Below are positions 62,720 to 64,000 of a DNA stretch of 64,000 nucleotides, in pieces. The position numbers and the translations under genes are program-made. Under the pieces are notes generated by a model, which was not told the DNA's origin, ran no database searches, and saw nothing but the letters and a program-made list of their open reading frames with translations. Position 1 is the first letter of the stretch. Every line of letters starts with the position of its first letter. Source of the stretch: Antedon mediterranea (lineage: Eukaryota; Animalia; Echinodermata). Where the stretch lies: NCBI RefSeq assembly GCF_964355755.1, contig NC_092678.1, positions 5,658,422 through 5,722,421 of the forward strand, written 5' to 3'.

Positions 62720-64000
62720 TTACTACACCAAACCCCATTTGTTTGTTTTCTCTTTTTTTTCTCTTTTTTTTCTGAGTAGAAGAGGAAGAAGAGAAAGAAA
62801 AAAACAAAAATATTGTATATGTAAATAAATATGTTAAAAATTACTTGTTAAAAACAATGGACTAGTTTAAGGAAAGCATGATAGGCATATTTAGCAACTG
62901 TAGAACAGTGGTTGTCATCACACTTTAAAAATTTGAATTTTTCTAAATTTGTTAGATCTGAAAAGGATGGGTTGAGCCGGCTAATATAGTTGAATAAATG
63001 AGATCAGTTATTATCCATAAAACAGTGTAGTTCACCTTCAATACAATTCAAGTTACACAGACTACATTTCCTCTCATTAACTGGTGTATTATAATGCCCA
63101 ATTTCATTGGCTGGTGCACAACCAGATCTAAAAAGCGCCAGGGCCCATCTTTTACATTTTTTTATAAAAGTGGTTACATAACTAGCTGTTCCAAAGGTAT
63201 TTTTTAAAGATCGGTAAGTACGCAATTTATTGCGAGCATTTGGATTTATTCTATTATCCATTTTTCAAAACAGGTTTCTATAAAGGATTTTGATGCATTA
63301 TAAACTTGGTTCACCAGATTACGAGTGGTTGTATCTTCATTTAACAATGAATCACACTCCATTTTAGAGAATAAATTAAAAACATTAAAACACCATTTTT
63401 TTATATTTTATCAGCAAGTTGCTTGGACCAAAGAAACACATTATATGGATATCTTTTTGTGTTCATATTTACAAGGCGATTTCATAATCTGGCAATGGAC
63501 TGCATCTGGAGCACAATTGGAGGGTCCCAAATTATGTCTTCTAGTAGGGCATCATTCGGAGTGTATTTCCCAACACCAAGAAAGAAACGACAAGCACGAT
63601 AAAAAACGGAATTAATTGGAGAGAATTCAGAAAAAAAAACAGACACCACCACCATAATTCAGAATTGGGCAAATGGTGGAGGTGTACAGTTTGGTAAATG
63701 AATTAAAATTGATACCGCCAAGAGCCTTAACTTTTCAAATGATTAAACCCAAAGCTTGAGATGCAGACACAACCAGATTCTTAGCTGATTTTTGGTAATC
63801 TAAAAACTTGTTGTACATAATTCCTAGGTACTTATAGTAAACTAACTACTTCAATATCAAAATTACAACAGTTAAACTTTATATTTGTCCTTTCCCTACT
63901 TTTAGTACGGAAATGTGTAAGTTGTGTCTTAGATTACAGTATAACATTTCTAGAGAGCATTTTCATTTTCAGCAAGAATCACAATGTCATCAGTATACAA
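62720..64000 (-). mobile_element. RTE/RTE-X-like LINE remnant, duplicate of 21040-22465 (runs off the window)
   Basis: ORF 63004-63261 NKLRTYRSLKNTF...ERKCSLC; sequence matches 21040-22333. Confidence 0.85.

Larger units (their letters stand above)
50690..64000. repeat. Segmental duplication of about 11150-22333 (B-C-D block plus downstream repeats)
   Basis: Colinear near-identity including the shared C lesions, gene D, SINE and LINE remnant; differs by three insertion polymorphisms. Confidence 0.92.

Noticed and set aside
4326-64000. Whole array being an assembly artefact (haplotypes laid in tandem)
   Set aside because: Four copies of A and B with mosaic SNP patterns and copy-specific insertions, chimeras and deletions exceed what two haplotypes would explain; read depth should still be checked

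Overview
Very AT-rich eukaryotic (animal, probably invertebrate; an echinoderm-type genome is plausible but not provable here) genomic DNA. The window is dominated by a tandem array, all on the minus strand, of closely related class A (rhodopsin-family) 7TM receptor genes. Their motifs (GILENxxV, NLAVADL, SIERF/SIDRF, FFCLxP, NSALNPIVY, very short ECL2, no TM3-ECL2 cysteine pair, two Cys in ECL3) resemble the melanocortin/S1P/cannabinoid group. I see 14 full-length or near-full-length copies of four types (A x4, B x4, C x4, D x2). Nine are apparently intact: A1-3, B1-4, D1 and the C-tail-truncated C3. There are also remnants of a fifth type (E) and small 3' fragments, all built by nested segmental duplications. 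The ORF track misses the real gene structure: a short upstream exon ending in ATG-G is joined by a phase-1 intron to the 7TM exon, and types A and B have lost that ATG and start downstream. Spacers hold many transposon relics, several with empty sites in paralogous copies: a non-autonomous LTR element plus a solo LTR, piggyBac-like, Kolobok-like, hAT-like and MULE-like MITEs, two Helitron-like insertions, tRNA-derived SINEs with swapped tails, an RTE-type LINE remnant, a Penelope-type minimal hammerhead ribozyme, and an octamer-rich tandem repeat. No prokaryotic features, CRISPR arrays, rRNA or bona fide tRNA genes were found. All family assignments come from reading motifs by eye; no database search was run.
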